DNA of 32,000 nucleotides from Pasteurella multocida (GTDB taxonomy: Bacteria > Pseudomonadota > Gammaproteobacteria > Enterobacterales > Pasteurellaceae): NCBI RefSeq assembly GCF_900187275.1, contig NZ_LT906458.1, forward strand, positions 570,001 through 602,000. The letters run 5' to 3'. The translations under genes were made by a program, and so were the position numbers. Shown here one piece after another: positions 22,393 through 31,169 of the stretch (positions within the stretch are counted from its first letter, which is position 1; every line of letters begins with the position of its first letter). The notes beneath the pieces were generated by a model. It did no database searches. It was given only the letters and a program-made list of their open reading frames with translations, and had not been told where the DNA came from.

Positions 22393-22426
22393 GAACTATT
22401 AAACTAGTTTATTATTTTTGTGTCAA
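22393..22426 (-). promoter_or_regulatory. trpE promoter with overlapping TrpR-like operator
   Basis: Minus strand TTGACA (22426-22421)-N17-TTTAAT (22403-22398); operator GAACTATTAAACTAGTTT on plus, core 22395-22408. Confidence 0.87.
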
Positions 22427-22608
22427 GATGGAACATGATAAAAAATGGAATAAATAAAAACTTAGCACCGTGAAAATTGAGCTGTTTTATACCAAATTGA
22501 AACTCGTTAGAAAGGCGTGAATAAAATATTAGCGCTCAGAGGAGAGTAAGTTGCACTTTCACTTAAATTCGTTATGATTAACCATCATTTATTTTAAGGA
22601 GAAAAAAC

Positions 22609-23670
22609 ATGTGGTCTGATATTGCAACAGGATATGGGCTTTTTATTTTAGAAATCTTAACAATTTTATTGGTCATTGCAGGCATCGCTTTTATGATTGT
22701 GACATTAAAGCAACATAAAGCCAAAAGTACGGGCGAACTTGTGGTGGTGGATTTATCAGAGGAATACCAAGAAAACAGCAAAAGATTACGTGAGTTTAGT
22801 TTATCAGAAGAAACACGTAAGCAATTAGAGAAAACACAAAAAAAAGCAGATAAAGAAAAAGCGAAACGTGAAAAAGAAAAGCGTAAAAAAGGTGAGGACA
22901 TCGCAGACGAGCATAAACCGCGCCTTTATGTCTTACAGTTTAAAGGCGATATTGCGGCTTCAGCGACGAGCGCATTACGTGAAGAAGTGAGTACCATTAT
23001 TGGAGTTGCCAAGCCAGAAGATGAGGTTTTAGTACGCTTAGAAAGTCCCGGTGGAATGGTACATGGTTATGGGTTAGCGGCGTCGCAGTTGCTACGTTTA
23101 AAACAACATGGCATTAAATTAACGGTTGCGGTAGATAAAGTAGCAGCCAGTGGGGGATATATGATGGCTTGCGTGGCGGATACTATTGTTGCCGCGCCAT
23201 TTGCGATTTTGGGATCAGTCGGTGTGGTTGCACAAATTCCTAACATTCATCGTTTGTTAAAAAAACATGATGTGGATGTCGATGTGATGACGGCGGGTGA
23301 ATATAAACGCACGATGACTGTGTTAGGCGAAAATACAGAAAAAGGAAAACAGAAATTCCAGCAAGAATTAGAAGAAACCCATCAATTATTCAAACAATTT
23401 GTGACCCAAAACCGTCCGCAAGTCAATATTGAGGAAATTGCCACAGGGGAACACTGGTTTGGTCAACAAGCGTTAGGATTGCATTTAGTGGATGCAATTT
23501 CAACAAGTGATGATTTAATTCTAAACGCGATCAAAGAAAATAAAACCGTTTTATCCGTGAAATATCATGTAAAACAATCGTTCCTTCAAAAAGTCGGTAA
23601 ACAGGCAGAAGAAAGTACAGATGCCTTTTTATTACGTTGGCTGAGACGAAATAACAGTACATTACTTTAG
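22609..23670 (+). CDS. sohB: Inner-membrane S49-family peptidase SohB
   Basis: N-terminal TM, LESPGGMVHGYGLAASQLLRLK, VAASGGYMMACVADTIVAAPFAILGSVGVV. Confidence 0.93.
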   Translation: MWSDIATGYGLFILEILTILLVIAGIAFMIVTLKQHKAKSTGELVVVDLSEEYQENSKRLREFSLSEETRKQLEKTQKKADKEKAKREKEKRKKGEDIADEHKPRLYVLQFKGDIAASATSALREEVSTIIGVAKPEDEVLVRLESPGGMVHGYGLAASQLLRLKQHGIKLTVAVDKVAASGGYMMACVADTIVAAPFAILGSVGVVAQIPNIHRLLKKHDVDVDVMTAGEYKRTMTVLGENTEKGKQKFQQELEETHQLFKQFVTQNRPQVNIEEIATGEHWFGQQALGLHLVDAISTSDDLILNAIKENKTVLSVKYHVKQSFLQKVGKQAEESTDAFLLRWLRRNNSTLL

Positions 23671-23910
23671 CTGAAGCATCTTTACAGTAGTTGACTAAAA
23701 GTTTCGAAATATTAAGTATTTGTTGATTTACTTTATGAACAATAGGGCTTACTATATTGAGCTGAATTTTAAGCAATTTTGGATATCACCAGTTGTTTAA
23801 CGAAAAGTGAAGATAGACGAATTGTTTTTTATTGAGAGTCACTCTCTTCTGTTTTGTTGTTATTTTAGGGATGACGAATTTTAATAATAAAAGGGAACTA
23901 AGGTAAATAT

Positions 23911-24729
23911 ATGAAATTATCTCGCGTTTTATTAACAGTTGTTGCTGCGACGACATTGGCTGCCTGCGGTAATTTAAGTAAAGTTACTCCAGAAGGTACA
24001 TCTGACAATTTAGTGTGGCCAAAAATTGATGAATCGGTCTTTAATCATGATGGTAGCCAATTTGGTTCTTGGCCAAACTGGGATAACGTACGCATGGTTG
24101 AGCGTGGTATGAATAAAGACCAACTTTATAATTTGTTAGGTCGTCCACACTTCTCTGAAGGCTTATACGGTGTGCGTGAATGGGACTATGTGTTTAACTA
24201 TCGTGAGAATGGTGTACATAAAGTATGTCAATATAAAGTCTTATTTGACAAAAATATGAATGCACAAAGTTTCTTCTGGTATCCAAATGGCTGTAACGGT
24301 AGCTCTGCATTTAGTTTAAGTGGTGATTTCTTATTTGACTTCAATAAAGATTCATTAACAGCAAAAGGTAAAGAAGTTGTTGACAGCGTTGCAACACAAT
24401 TAAAAGCCTCTGATGCAAAAGAAGTGAAAGTCGCAGGCTTTACTGACCGTTTAGGTTCAGAAGCGTATAACTTAAAACTTTCTCAACGTCGTGCAGATCG
24501 TGTTAAAGCGCGTTTAATTGAGCAAGGTGTTGCCGCAAATATCCATGCTGTAGGCTATGGTAAAGCACAACAAGTGAAAGCTTGTGATGATGTACAAGGT
24601 GCAGCATTAAGAGATTGTTTACGTCCTAACCGTCGTGTTGAAATTACCGCTTCTGGTACTGTGTTGAAACAAGGTTCACAAGGTATGGAAGCAGGGACAA
24701 CAGGACCAGCACCACTTTATAGAAAATAA
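23911..24729 (+). CDS. Lipoprotein with N-terminal BamE/SmpA-like and C-terminal OmpA-like domains
   Basis: Lipobox LAAC; ERGMNKDQLYNLLGRPHF...REWDYVFNY (BamE-like); FDFNKDSLTAKGKE...VAGFTDRLGSEAYNLKLSQRRADRV...NRRVEI (OmpA-like peptidoglycan-binding). Confidence 0.85.
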   Translation: MKLSRVLLTVVAATTLAACGNLSKVTPEGTSDNLVWPKIDESVFNHDGSQFGSWPNWDNVRMVERGMNKDQLYNLLGRPHFSEGLYGVREWDYVFNYRENGVHKVCQYKVLFDKNMNAQSFFWYPNGCNGSSAFSLSGDFLFDFNKDSLTAKGKEVVDSVATQLKASDAKEVKVAGFTDRLGSEAYNLKLSQRRADRVKARLIEQGVAANIHAVGYGKAQQVKACDDVQGAALRDCLRPNRRVEITASGTVLKQGSQGMEAGTTGPAPLYRK

Positions 24730-24747
24730 TTTTTCTCAATGAAATAG

Positions 24748-24776
24748 AAGGGCGCTTTAACAGCGCCCTTTGAATT
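24748..24776. terminator. Candidate bidirectional terminator between converging genes
   Basis: AAGGGCGCT (24748-24756) / AGCGCCCTT (24762-24770), 5-nt loop. Confidence 0.65.
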
Positions 24777-24782
24777 TTTGAT

Positions 24783-25649
24783 TTATCTTGACAGAATATC
24801 GTGAATAAATTTTTTGGTTAACTCGACATAATGTTTATTAAAGCGATGACTAAAGTTAAGTAAATAATAGAGTTGATAAATGGCTTTACGCTCAGGATAT
24901 CCTTCATCAATAGGATAAGTGCGGTCATAACTTTCATAGAATTGGCGTGGGAAAGGTTCAAAGAGCTCACTGAATGCCAAATCACATTCCCGGTCTCCCC
25001 AATAACAAGCTGGATCATAAGTAAAAATTTCTTGTTTCACCGTCGCACAGTTTTCAATCCATAAATTGCCATGTAATAACGCAGGTTGAGGCTTATGTTT
25101 CGCCAGTAATTCAGCAATTTTCTTCACTAACACCTCAATATCGCCAAACACTAAGTTTTTCTCACGGCAGATCTGCAATTGCCAGCCAATGCGTTGTTCG
25201 CTAAAAAAGGTGGCCCAATTTTCTTTCCAACCATTTGGTTGATATTCTGGTCCAAGCCAAGTGTCAAAATCCAATCCATAATTATCTGCGCCTTTTATAA
25301 GGTGCAGTTTTGCGAGTTGTTCACCAAATTTGCCCATGGCGTCAACCGGATTGGTTTTATCTAATGGCAGTGCTTCCAGTAGTAAGAAACTGTGTGTATG
25401 TGAACAGCCCACAGTGTAAACGTTAGGCACATTAATGGTATTGGTTTTGGCGAGAAGGAGGAGTTGATCGGCTTCTGCACGGAACATGGAACGGAAGGTT
25501 TTATCATTCACTTTGAGAAAAACAGGTTGGATACCATCATCAATAATCCATGCTTCATGCATCTCACCTGTATGGATTTTTTCTTTGTGTTTAATGGAAT
25601 AGTAAGCCCCAAATTGATCCGCTAAGACTTGAGAAACATGTTTCCACAT
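24783..25649 (-). CDS. Fructosamine/ketosamine-3-kinase family protein (APH-like fold)
   Basis: MHEAWIIDDGIQPVFLKVNDKTFRSMFRAEADQLLLLAKT..., LLHGNLWIENCA, TYDPACYWGDRECDLAFSELFEPFP. Confidence 0.85.
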   Translation of the reverse strand: MWKHVSQVLADQFGAYYSIKHKEKIHTGEMHEAWIIDDGIQPVFLKVNDKTFRSMFRAEADQLLLLAKTNTINVPNVYTVGCSHTHSFLLLEALPLDKTNPVDAMGKFGEQLAKLHLIKGADNYGLDFDTWLGPEYQPNGWKENWATFFSEQRIGWQLQICREKNLVFGDIEVLVKKIAELLAKHKPQPALLHGNLWIENCATVKQEIFTYDPACYWGDRECDLAFSELFEPFPRQFYESYDRTYPIDEGYPERKAIYQLYYLLNFSHRFNKHYVELTKKFIHDILSR

Positions 25650-25903
25650 GGCATCCTCCTATGGTTGAGCACAGTCAGTTCTAGTGTAAAAGATTAGGAA
25701 AAAATTACTGTGATTGATGTCAAACTTCTTTTATTTTTAATTTAAAATTAAATGGGGTTATTAAAGGAAAAATAACGTTTTACTTCATATGCAGTTAAAG
25801 TGTGATCTATGTTGAAAAAATAGAAAACAGTTGTTGAACATTTGTTAATGTTATGTAATTTTTGCCAAGTTTATTTCCCCTCCCTCTCTTTAGGAGCCGA
25901 TCT

Positions 25904-27406
25904 ATGTTTGGATATAATGCCACCATCATTACATTTACCATTTATATTTTAGGTATGATTTTAATCGGTTTTATCGCTTATCGTTATACCAATAATTTGT
26001 CTGATTATATTTTAGGAGGGCGTCGTCTTGGCAGCTTTGTGACGGGACTCTCTGCAGGGGCGTCAGATATGTCAGGCTGGTTATTAATGGGGCTTCCCGG
26101 CGCTGTTTATGCCGCAGGTCTGGTTGAAGGTTGGATTGCCATTGGTCTAACGATTGGTGCTTACCTTAACTGGTTATTTGTGGCAGGACGTTTACGTGTT
26201 TATACAGAATTTAATCAAAATGCTTTAACTTTGCCAGAATATTTCCAACACCGTTTTCACGATCAGAGCAAAATATTAAAAATTGTTTCCGCAACCATTA
26301 TTTTATTCTTTTTTGCCATTTATTGTGCTTCTGGTGTGGTCGCTGGGGCTCGTTTATTTGAAAATCTGTTTGAAGTGCCTTATGCCACGGCGCTTTGGTA
26401 TGGTGCCTTAGCGACAATCCTTTATACTTTTATTGGCGGTTTTTTAGCTGTCAGTTGGACCGATACCATTCAAGCGTCGTTAATGTTGTTTGCTTTATTC
26501 CTTACCCCTATTTTTGTGTTAATTCATCTTGGTGGTTTTGAAGCAACACATACCGTGATTGTCAATGCGGGTGTGGCTGCTCAACGGGATTTTACTGATT
26601 TATTCACAGGAACTAGCTTTATCGGCTTATTAAGCTTATCCGCTTGGGGCTTAGGTTATTTTGGTCAACCACACATTTTAGCGCGTTTTATGAGTGCAAA
26701 AGATGCGAAATCATTAGTGAATGCGCGCCGTATTAGTATTATGTGGATGATTATCTGCTTATTTGGTGCGGTTGGTATTGGGTTCTTTGGTCAAGCTTAT
26801 TTCTTTGCAAATCCACAGGTGGCAGACACCGTGAACGCGAACCATGAACAAGTTTTTATTGAATTAGCGAAATTGTTATTTAATCCTTGGATTGCAGGGA
26901 TTTTGTTATCAGCCATTTTAGCCGCGGTAATGAGTACTTTAAGTTGCCAGTTATTGATTTGTTCAAGTGCGATTACAGAAGACTTTTATAAAGGCATGAT
27001 TCGCCCAAATGCTTCACAAAAAGAATTGGTGTGGTTAGGGCGTATTATGGTCTTAGTCATTGCACTACTGGCTATTTATCTTGCACAAGATCCAAACAGT
27101 AAAGTATTGGGACTTGTGTCTTATGCGTGGGCAGGTTTTGGTTGTGCCTTTGGTCCTGTGGTGATTTTCTCTTTATTCTGGAAACGCATGAACATGGCGG
27201 GCGCGATGGCAGGCATGCTGACTGGTGCGTTAGTGGTAGTGTTCTGGAATGATGTGGTACCACAGAGCGGTATTTATGAAATGATCCCAGGCTTTATTTT
27301 AGCTGCCGTGGCGATTGTCGTAGTGTCGTTAATTACGCCAGCACCAAGCCAACAAACTGTTTCTAATTTTGAACAAGCAGAGTTAGCTTATCAACAGCAA
27401 AAATAA
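25904..27406 (+). CDS. putP: Sodium/proline symporter
   Basis: GGRRLGSFVTGLSAGASDMSGWLLMGLPGAVYAAG and SSS-family pattern; AGGAG RBS before ATG 25904; adjacent putA. Confidence 0.94.
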   Translation: MFGYNATIITFTIYILGMILIGFIAYRYTNNLSDYILGGRRLGSFVTGLSAGASDMSGWLLMGLPGAVYAAGLVEGWIAIGLTIGAYLNWLFVAGRLRVYTEFNQNALTLPEYFQHRFHDQSKILKIVSATIILFFFAIYCASGVVAGARLFENLFEVPYATALWYGALATILYTFIGGFLAVSWTDTIQASLMLFALFLTPIFVLIHLGGFEATHTVIVNAGVAAQRDFTDLFTGTSFIGLLSLSAWGLGYFGQPHILARFMSAKDAKSLVNARRISIMWMIICLFGAVGIGFFGQAYFFANPQVADTVNANHEQVFIELAKLLFNPWIAGILLSAILAAVMSTLSCQLLICSSAITEDFYKGMIRPNASQKELVWLGRIMVLVIALLAIYLAQDPNSKVLGLVSYAWAGFGCAFGPVVIFSLFWKRMNMAGAMAGMLTGALVVVFWNDVVPQSGIYEMIPGFILAAVAIVVVSLITPAPSQQTVSNFEQAELAYQQQK

Positions 27407-27411
27407 TCGGT

Positions 27412-27443
27412 AAAAGAGCGGTATCTTCGGGTGCCGCTTTTTC
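27412..27443 (+). terminator. Stem-loop with UUCG tetraloop between putP and putA
   Basis: AGCGGTATC-TTCG-GGTGCCGCT (27417-27438, two G:U pairs) followed by TTTT. Confidence 0.75.
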
Positions 27444-27478
27444 TATGTTTAATTTGATTATGTGAGTGAGAAAGAAAG

Positions 27479-30400
27479 ATGACATACCAATTACTTCCCA
27501 AATTAACTTCATTACGAGAACCATTAAGCCAACATTATCGTATTGACGAAACCACGTTAGTGCAAAAACTTCTCTCCGATGCAGAAATTCCTTCCGATCT
27601 CCAAACCAAAATTCAACAGCTAGCCAGAAAATTGGTCGAAAATGTACGCAACGCTCGCCAAAATGCAAGTGGGGTAGATGCCTTAATGCATGAGTTTTCA
27701 TTATCGAGTCAAGAAGGTGTCGCCTTAATGTGCTTAGCTGAAGCATTATTGCGTATTCCTGATAAAGCCACTGCAGATAAATTAATTCGCGATAAAATTT
27801 CAAAAGGGAACTGGCGTTCGCATATCGGACAGAGTCCGTCTATGTTTGTGAATGCCGCCGCTTGGGGTTTATTGATTACCGGTAAATTAGTTTCGACACA
27901 CAGTGAACAACAGCTTTCATCCAGTTTAACCAAATTGATTGCGAAAGGCGGAGAACCATTGATTCGTAAAGGTGTGGAAGTGGCAATGCGCTTATTAGGT
28001 AAACAATTTGTCACTGGGGAAACGATCGAACAAGCGATTAAAAACGGTGAAAAACGTTTCCAACAAGGTTTTCGTTATAGCTATGATATGTTGGGCGAAG
28101 CTGCCTTAACGGAAGAAGATGCCGCACGTTATTATCAAGACTATGTGGATTCCATTCATGCGGTGGGGCAACGTTCTTCTGGGCTTGGCGTTTATGCCGC
28201 CTCGGGTGTCTCGATCAAACTCTCTGCTATTCATCCTCGTTACAGCCTATCACAACACCAACGTGTGATAGACGAACTGTATCCCAAGGTCAAACAACTC
28301 TTTTTATTAGCGAAACAATATGACATTGGTCTGAATATTGATGCTGAAGAAGCGGACAGATTAGATATTTCTTTGGATTTGGTTGATCGTTTATTAGCTG
28401 ATCCTGATTTAGCACATTTTAACGGTATCGGTTTGGTGGTACAGGCATACCAAAAACGTTGTACTTTTGTCATTGACTATTTAATTGAACAAGCCCGCAA
28501 ACATCAACATAAAATTATGGTCCGTTTAGTGAAAGGGGCTTATTGGGACAGCGAAATTAAACGTGCGCAAACCGATGGTACCGAAGGTTACCCTGTCTTT
28601 ACGCGTAAAGTGCATACAGACGTGTCTTACATTGCTTGTGCGAAAAAATTATTAGCGGCACAAGATGTGATTTATCCACAATTTGCCACCCATAACGCGC
28701 AATCTTTGGCGACGGTCTATCATTTAGCACAAGGTAAACAATTTGAATTCCAATGCTTACACGGCATGGGCGAAACCTTATATGATCAAGTGGTGGGAAA
28801 ACACAATTTGAATGTGCAATGCCGTATTTATGCGCCTGTCGGTTCATATAAAACCTTATTAGCCTATTTAGTGCGCCGCTTATTAGAAAATGGGGCAAAT
28901 AGCTCGTTTGTGAATCACATTGTCGATGACTCAATCCCCGTTGAAGCCTTAATCCTTGATCCAGTGCAAAAAGCGAAAGAAACCGAAGGGACAATGCACC
29001 CTAAAACACCACTGCCTCGCGATCTCTTTGCTGGAAAGCGTGTAAATTCTAAAGGTTACGATTTAACCGATGCGTTGCAATTACAACAGTTACAAAATGC
29101 ATTAACTGAACTGAGTCAAAATGAATATGAAGCCTATCCTTTATTAGAAAATACCACTGCACCAACCGGTAAACCGCGTCTTGTATTTAACCCTGCAAAA
29201 CGTGCAACGTTAGTTGGTAAAGTGATTGACGCCAGAGAAAAAGATGTCGAACAGGCATTTGAAAACGCGCTTCGTCATAAAGACAACTGGGCAAATACGC
29301 CGGTAGAACAAAGAGCGGTCATTTTAGAAAAAATGGCAGATTTAATGGAACAACACATGCCGCAGTTATTTGATTTAGCGGTACGTGAAGCCGGCAAAAC
29401 CTTAAATAACGCCATTGCCGAAGTGCGTGAAGCAGTGGATTTTTGTCGCTATTATGCACAAGAAGCACGTAAGCTCGGCAATGAGAATCCGCCACGTGGT
29501 ATTGTGGTGGCAATTAGCCCTTGGAATTTCCCTTTAGCCATTTTTATTGGCGAAGTTTGTTCTGCCTTAGTCACAGGTAATGTGGTGATTGCCAAACCAG
29601 CAGAACAAACCTCATTAATGGCGCATTTTGCGGTGAAATTGTTCCAACAAGCTGGCTTACCGATTGGCGTGCTGCAATGTTTATGTGGCTCAGGAAAAGT
29701 CATTGGTGAAAAACTCGTGTCTGATCCACGCGTGGACGGTGTAATTTTTACGGGGTCAACGGATACCGCAAAACGCATTAATCAAAATTTAGCAAAACAC
29801 AACAAACTTATTCCATTGATTGCCGAAACAGGCGGACAAAATGCAATGATTGTGGACAGTTCAGCCTTAGCAGAACAAGTCGTTCTTGATGTACTCAATT
29901 CCGCGTTTGACTCAGCAGGGCAACGTTGTTCTGCATTACGTGTGCTTTATGTGCAACACGATGTCGCACCGCATATTTTAACTATGTTAAAAGGGGCGAT
30001 GGCGGAGTTAAAAGTCGGCAATCCACAGCATTTAACCACCGATGTGGGACCCGTGATTGATGAAATGGCACAAAAACGCTTATTACAACATATTGAAACC
30101 ATGCGAACAGTGGCAAAAGATTGCTATCAAGTGCCAGTTGAGCCAGAAATGCAACAACAGGGAATTTTTGTCCCACCGACTTTATTTGAACTCGAAAATC
30201 TTCATCATTTGAAACACGAAGTGTTCGGTCCCGTGTTACATGTGGTTCGTTTTCATGCTTCAGAATTTAATCAAGTTATTGCACAAATCAATTCTACCGG
30301 CTTTGGCTTAACCAGTGGCATACACAGTCGTATTGATGAAAGCATTAATCACTGGCTTGAACAGGTTCACGCGGGGAATCTGTACGTGAATCGTAATACT

Positions 30401-31075
30401 GTCGGTGCAGTCGTGGGGGTACAAGCCTTTGGTGGAAGAGGTTTATCTGGAACAGGACCGAAAGCGGGAGGACCGTTCTATTTGCAACGTTTAGTCCATG
30501 CAAAACATTGGGCATTAACGCCATTGCATTACAATACGCCGCGTGATTTATCTGATTTAGCGGCAAAAGTGCGGTCAATTTTCACTAAATCTGAACAAGC
30601 GCCTTTACTCTCGCTTATTGATCAAGTTGCGCAATGTTCGCCACTAAATACGACCTTTAGAATGCAAGGGATTACTGGGGAAGAGAATTATCTTACTTTT
30701 ACACCACGTTCGTTGATTGCTATTGGGAATGGACCATTAGCACAACAAATGCAAGCGTTGATTGCCGTCGCCGCAGTGGGCGCAACTGCCGTAATCAGTA
30801 AATATTCTCAGCTTGCGGCTTATGAAAAACGCTTAGCGGATTATCTGTTTGTTGCTGAAGTGGAGGAATGCGAAGAAATCAGCCAGTTGATTGTTCTCGA
30901 TCCGATAACGGCTAAGCAAAAAGCCCAATATGCCGACCGTCCAGGCGCGATCTTGACCTATGTGGAGCAGCTAGATTTAGCGTTGTCCTTGTTCCCATTA
31001 CTGCATGAACAAGCGATCAGCATTAACACCACGGCAGCAGGAGGTAATGCAAGTTTAATGGCAGAAATGGATTAA
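27479..31075 (+). CDS. putA: Bifunctional proline dehydrogenase / L-glutamate gamma-semialdehyde dehydrogenase
   Basis: 1198 aa: FSLSSQEGVALMCLAEALLRIPDKAT, AYQKRC, FTGSTDTAKRI, FDSAGQRCSALRVLYVQ; colinear with E. coli PutA after its N-terminal DNA-binding domain. Confidence 0.95.
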   Translation: MTYQLLPKLTSLREPLSQHYRIDETTLVQKLLSDAEIPSDLQTKIQQLARKLVENVRNARQNASGVDALMHEFSLSSQEGVALMCLAEALLRIPDKATADKLIRDKISKGNWRSHIGQSPSMFVNAAAWGLLITGKLVSTHSEQQLSSSLTKLIAKGGEPLIRKGVEVAMRLLGKQFVTGETIEQAIKNGEKRFQQGFRYSYDMLGEAALTEEDAARYYQDYVDSIHAVGQRSSGLGVYAASGVSIKLSAIHPRYSLSQHQRVIDELYPKVKQLFLLAKQYDIGLNIDAEEADRLDISLDLVDRLLADPDLAHFNGIGLVVQAYQKRCTFVIDYLIEQARKHQHKIMVRLVKGAYWDSEIKRAQTDGTEGYPVFTRKVHTDVSYIACAKKLLAAQDVIYPQFATHNAQSLATVYHLAQGKQFEFQCLHGMGETLYDQVVGKHNLNVQCRIYAPVGSYKTLLAYLVRRLLENGANSSFVNHIVDDSIPVEALILDPVQKAKETEGTMHPKTPLPRDLFAGKRVNSKGYDLTDALQLQQLQNALTELSQNEYEAYPLLENTTAPTGKPRLVFNPAKRATLVGKVIDAREKDVEQAFENALRHKDNWANTPVEQRAVILEKMADLMEQHMPQLFDLAVREAGKTLNNAIAEVREAVDFCRYYAQEARKLGNENPPRGIVVAISPWNFPLAIFIGEVCSALVTGNVVIAKPAEQTSLMAHFAVKLFQQAGLPIGVLQCLCGSGKVIGEKLVSDPRVDGVIFTGSTDTAKRINQNLAKHNKLIPLIAETGGQNAMIVDSSALAEQVVLDVLNSAFDSAGQRCSALRVLYVQHDVAPHILTMLKGAMAELKVGNPQHLTTDVGPVIDEMAQKRLLQHIETMRTVAKDCYQVPVEPEMQQQGIFVPPTLFELENLHHLKHEVFGPVLHVVRFHASEFNQVIAQINSTGFGLTSGIHSRIDESINHWLEQVHAGNLYVNRNTVGAVVGVQAFGGRGLSGTGPKAGGPFYLQRLVHAKHWALTPLHYNTPRDLSDLAAKVRSIFTKSEQAPLLSLIDQVAQCSPLNTTFRMQGITGEENYLTFTPRSLIAIGNGPLAQQMQALIAVAAVGATAVISKYSQLAAYEKRLADYLFVAEVEECEEISQLIVLDPITAKQKAQYADRPGAILTYVEQLDLALSLFPLLHEQAISINTTAAGGNASLMAEMD

Positions 31076-31096
31076 TCAAGACGGCTTTTATTGTGC

Positions 31097-31126
31097 AAAA
31101 AGTGGGTGCGATGCCCACTTTTTTAT
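31097..31126 (+). terminator. Rho-independent terminator after putA
   Basis: AAAAAGTGGG / CCCACTTTTT stem, 7-nt loop, T tract. Confidence 0.85.
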
Positions 31127-31169
31127 TGTATATATAGCTCACTGGTTGAAGATGAAAGGAAATAAGAAA

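Noticed and set aside
27709-30578. Several antisense ORFs across putA
   Set aside because: Artefacts of codon bias in a long conserved gene; translations resemble no family.
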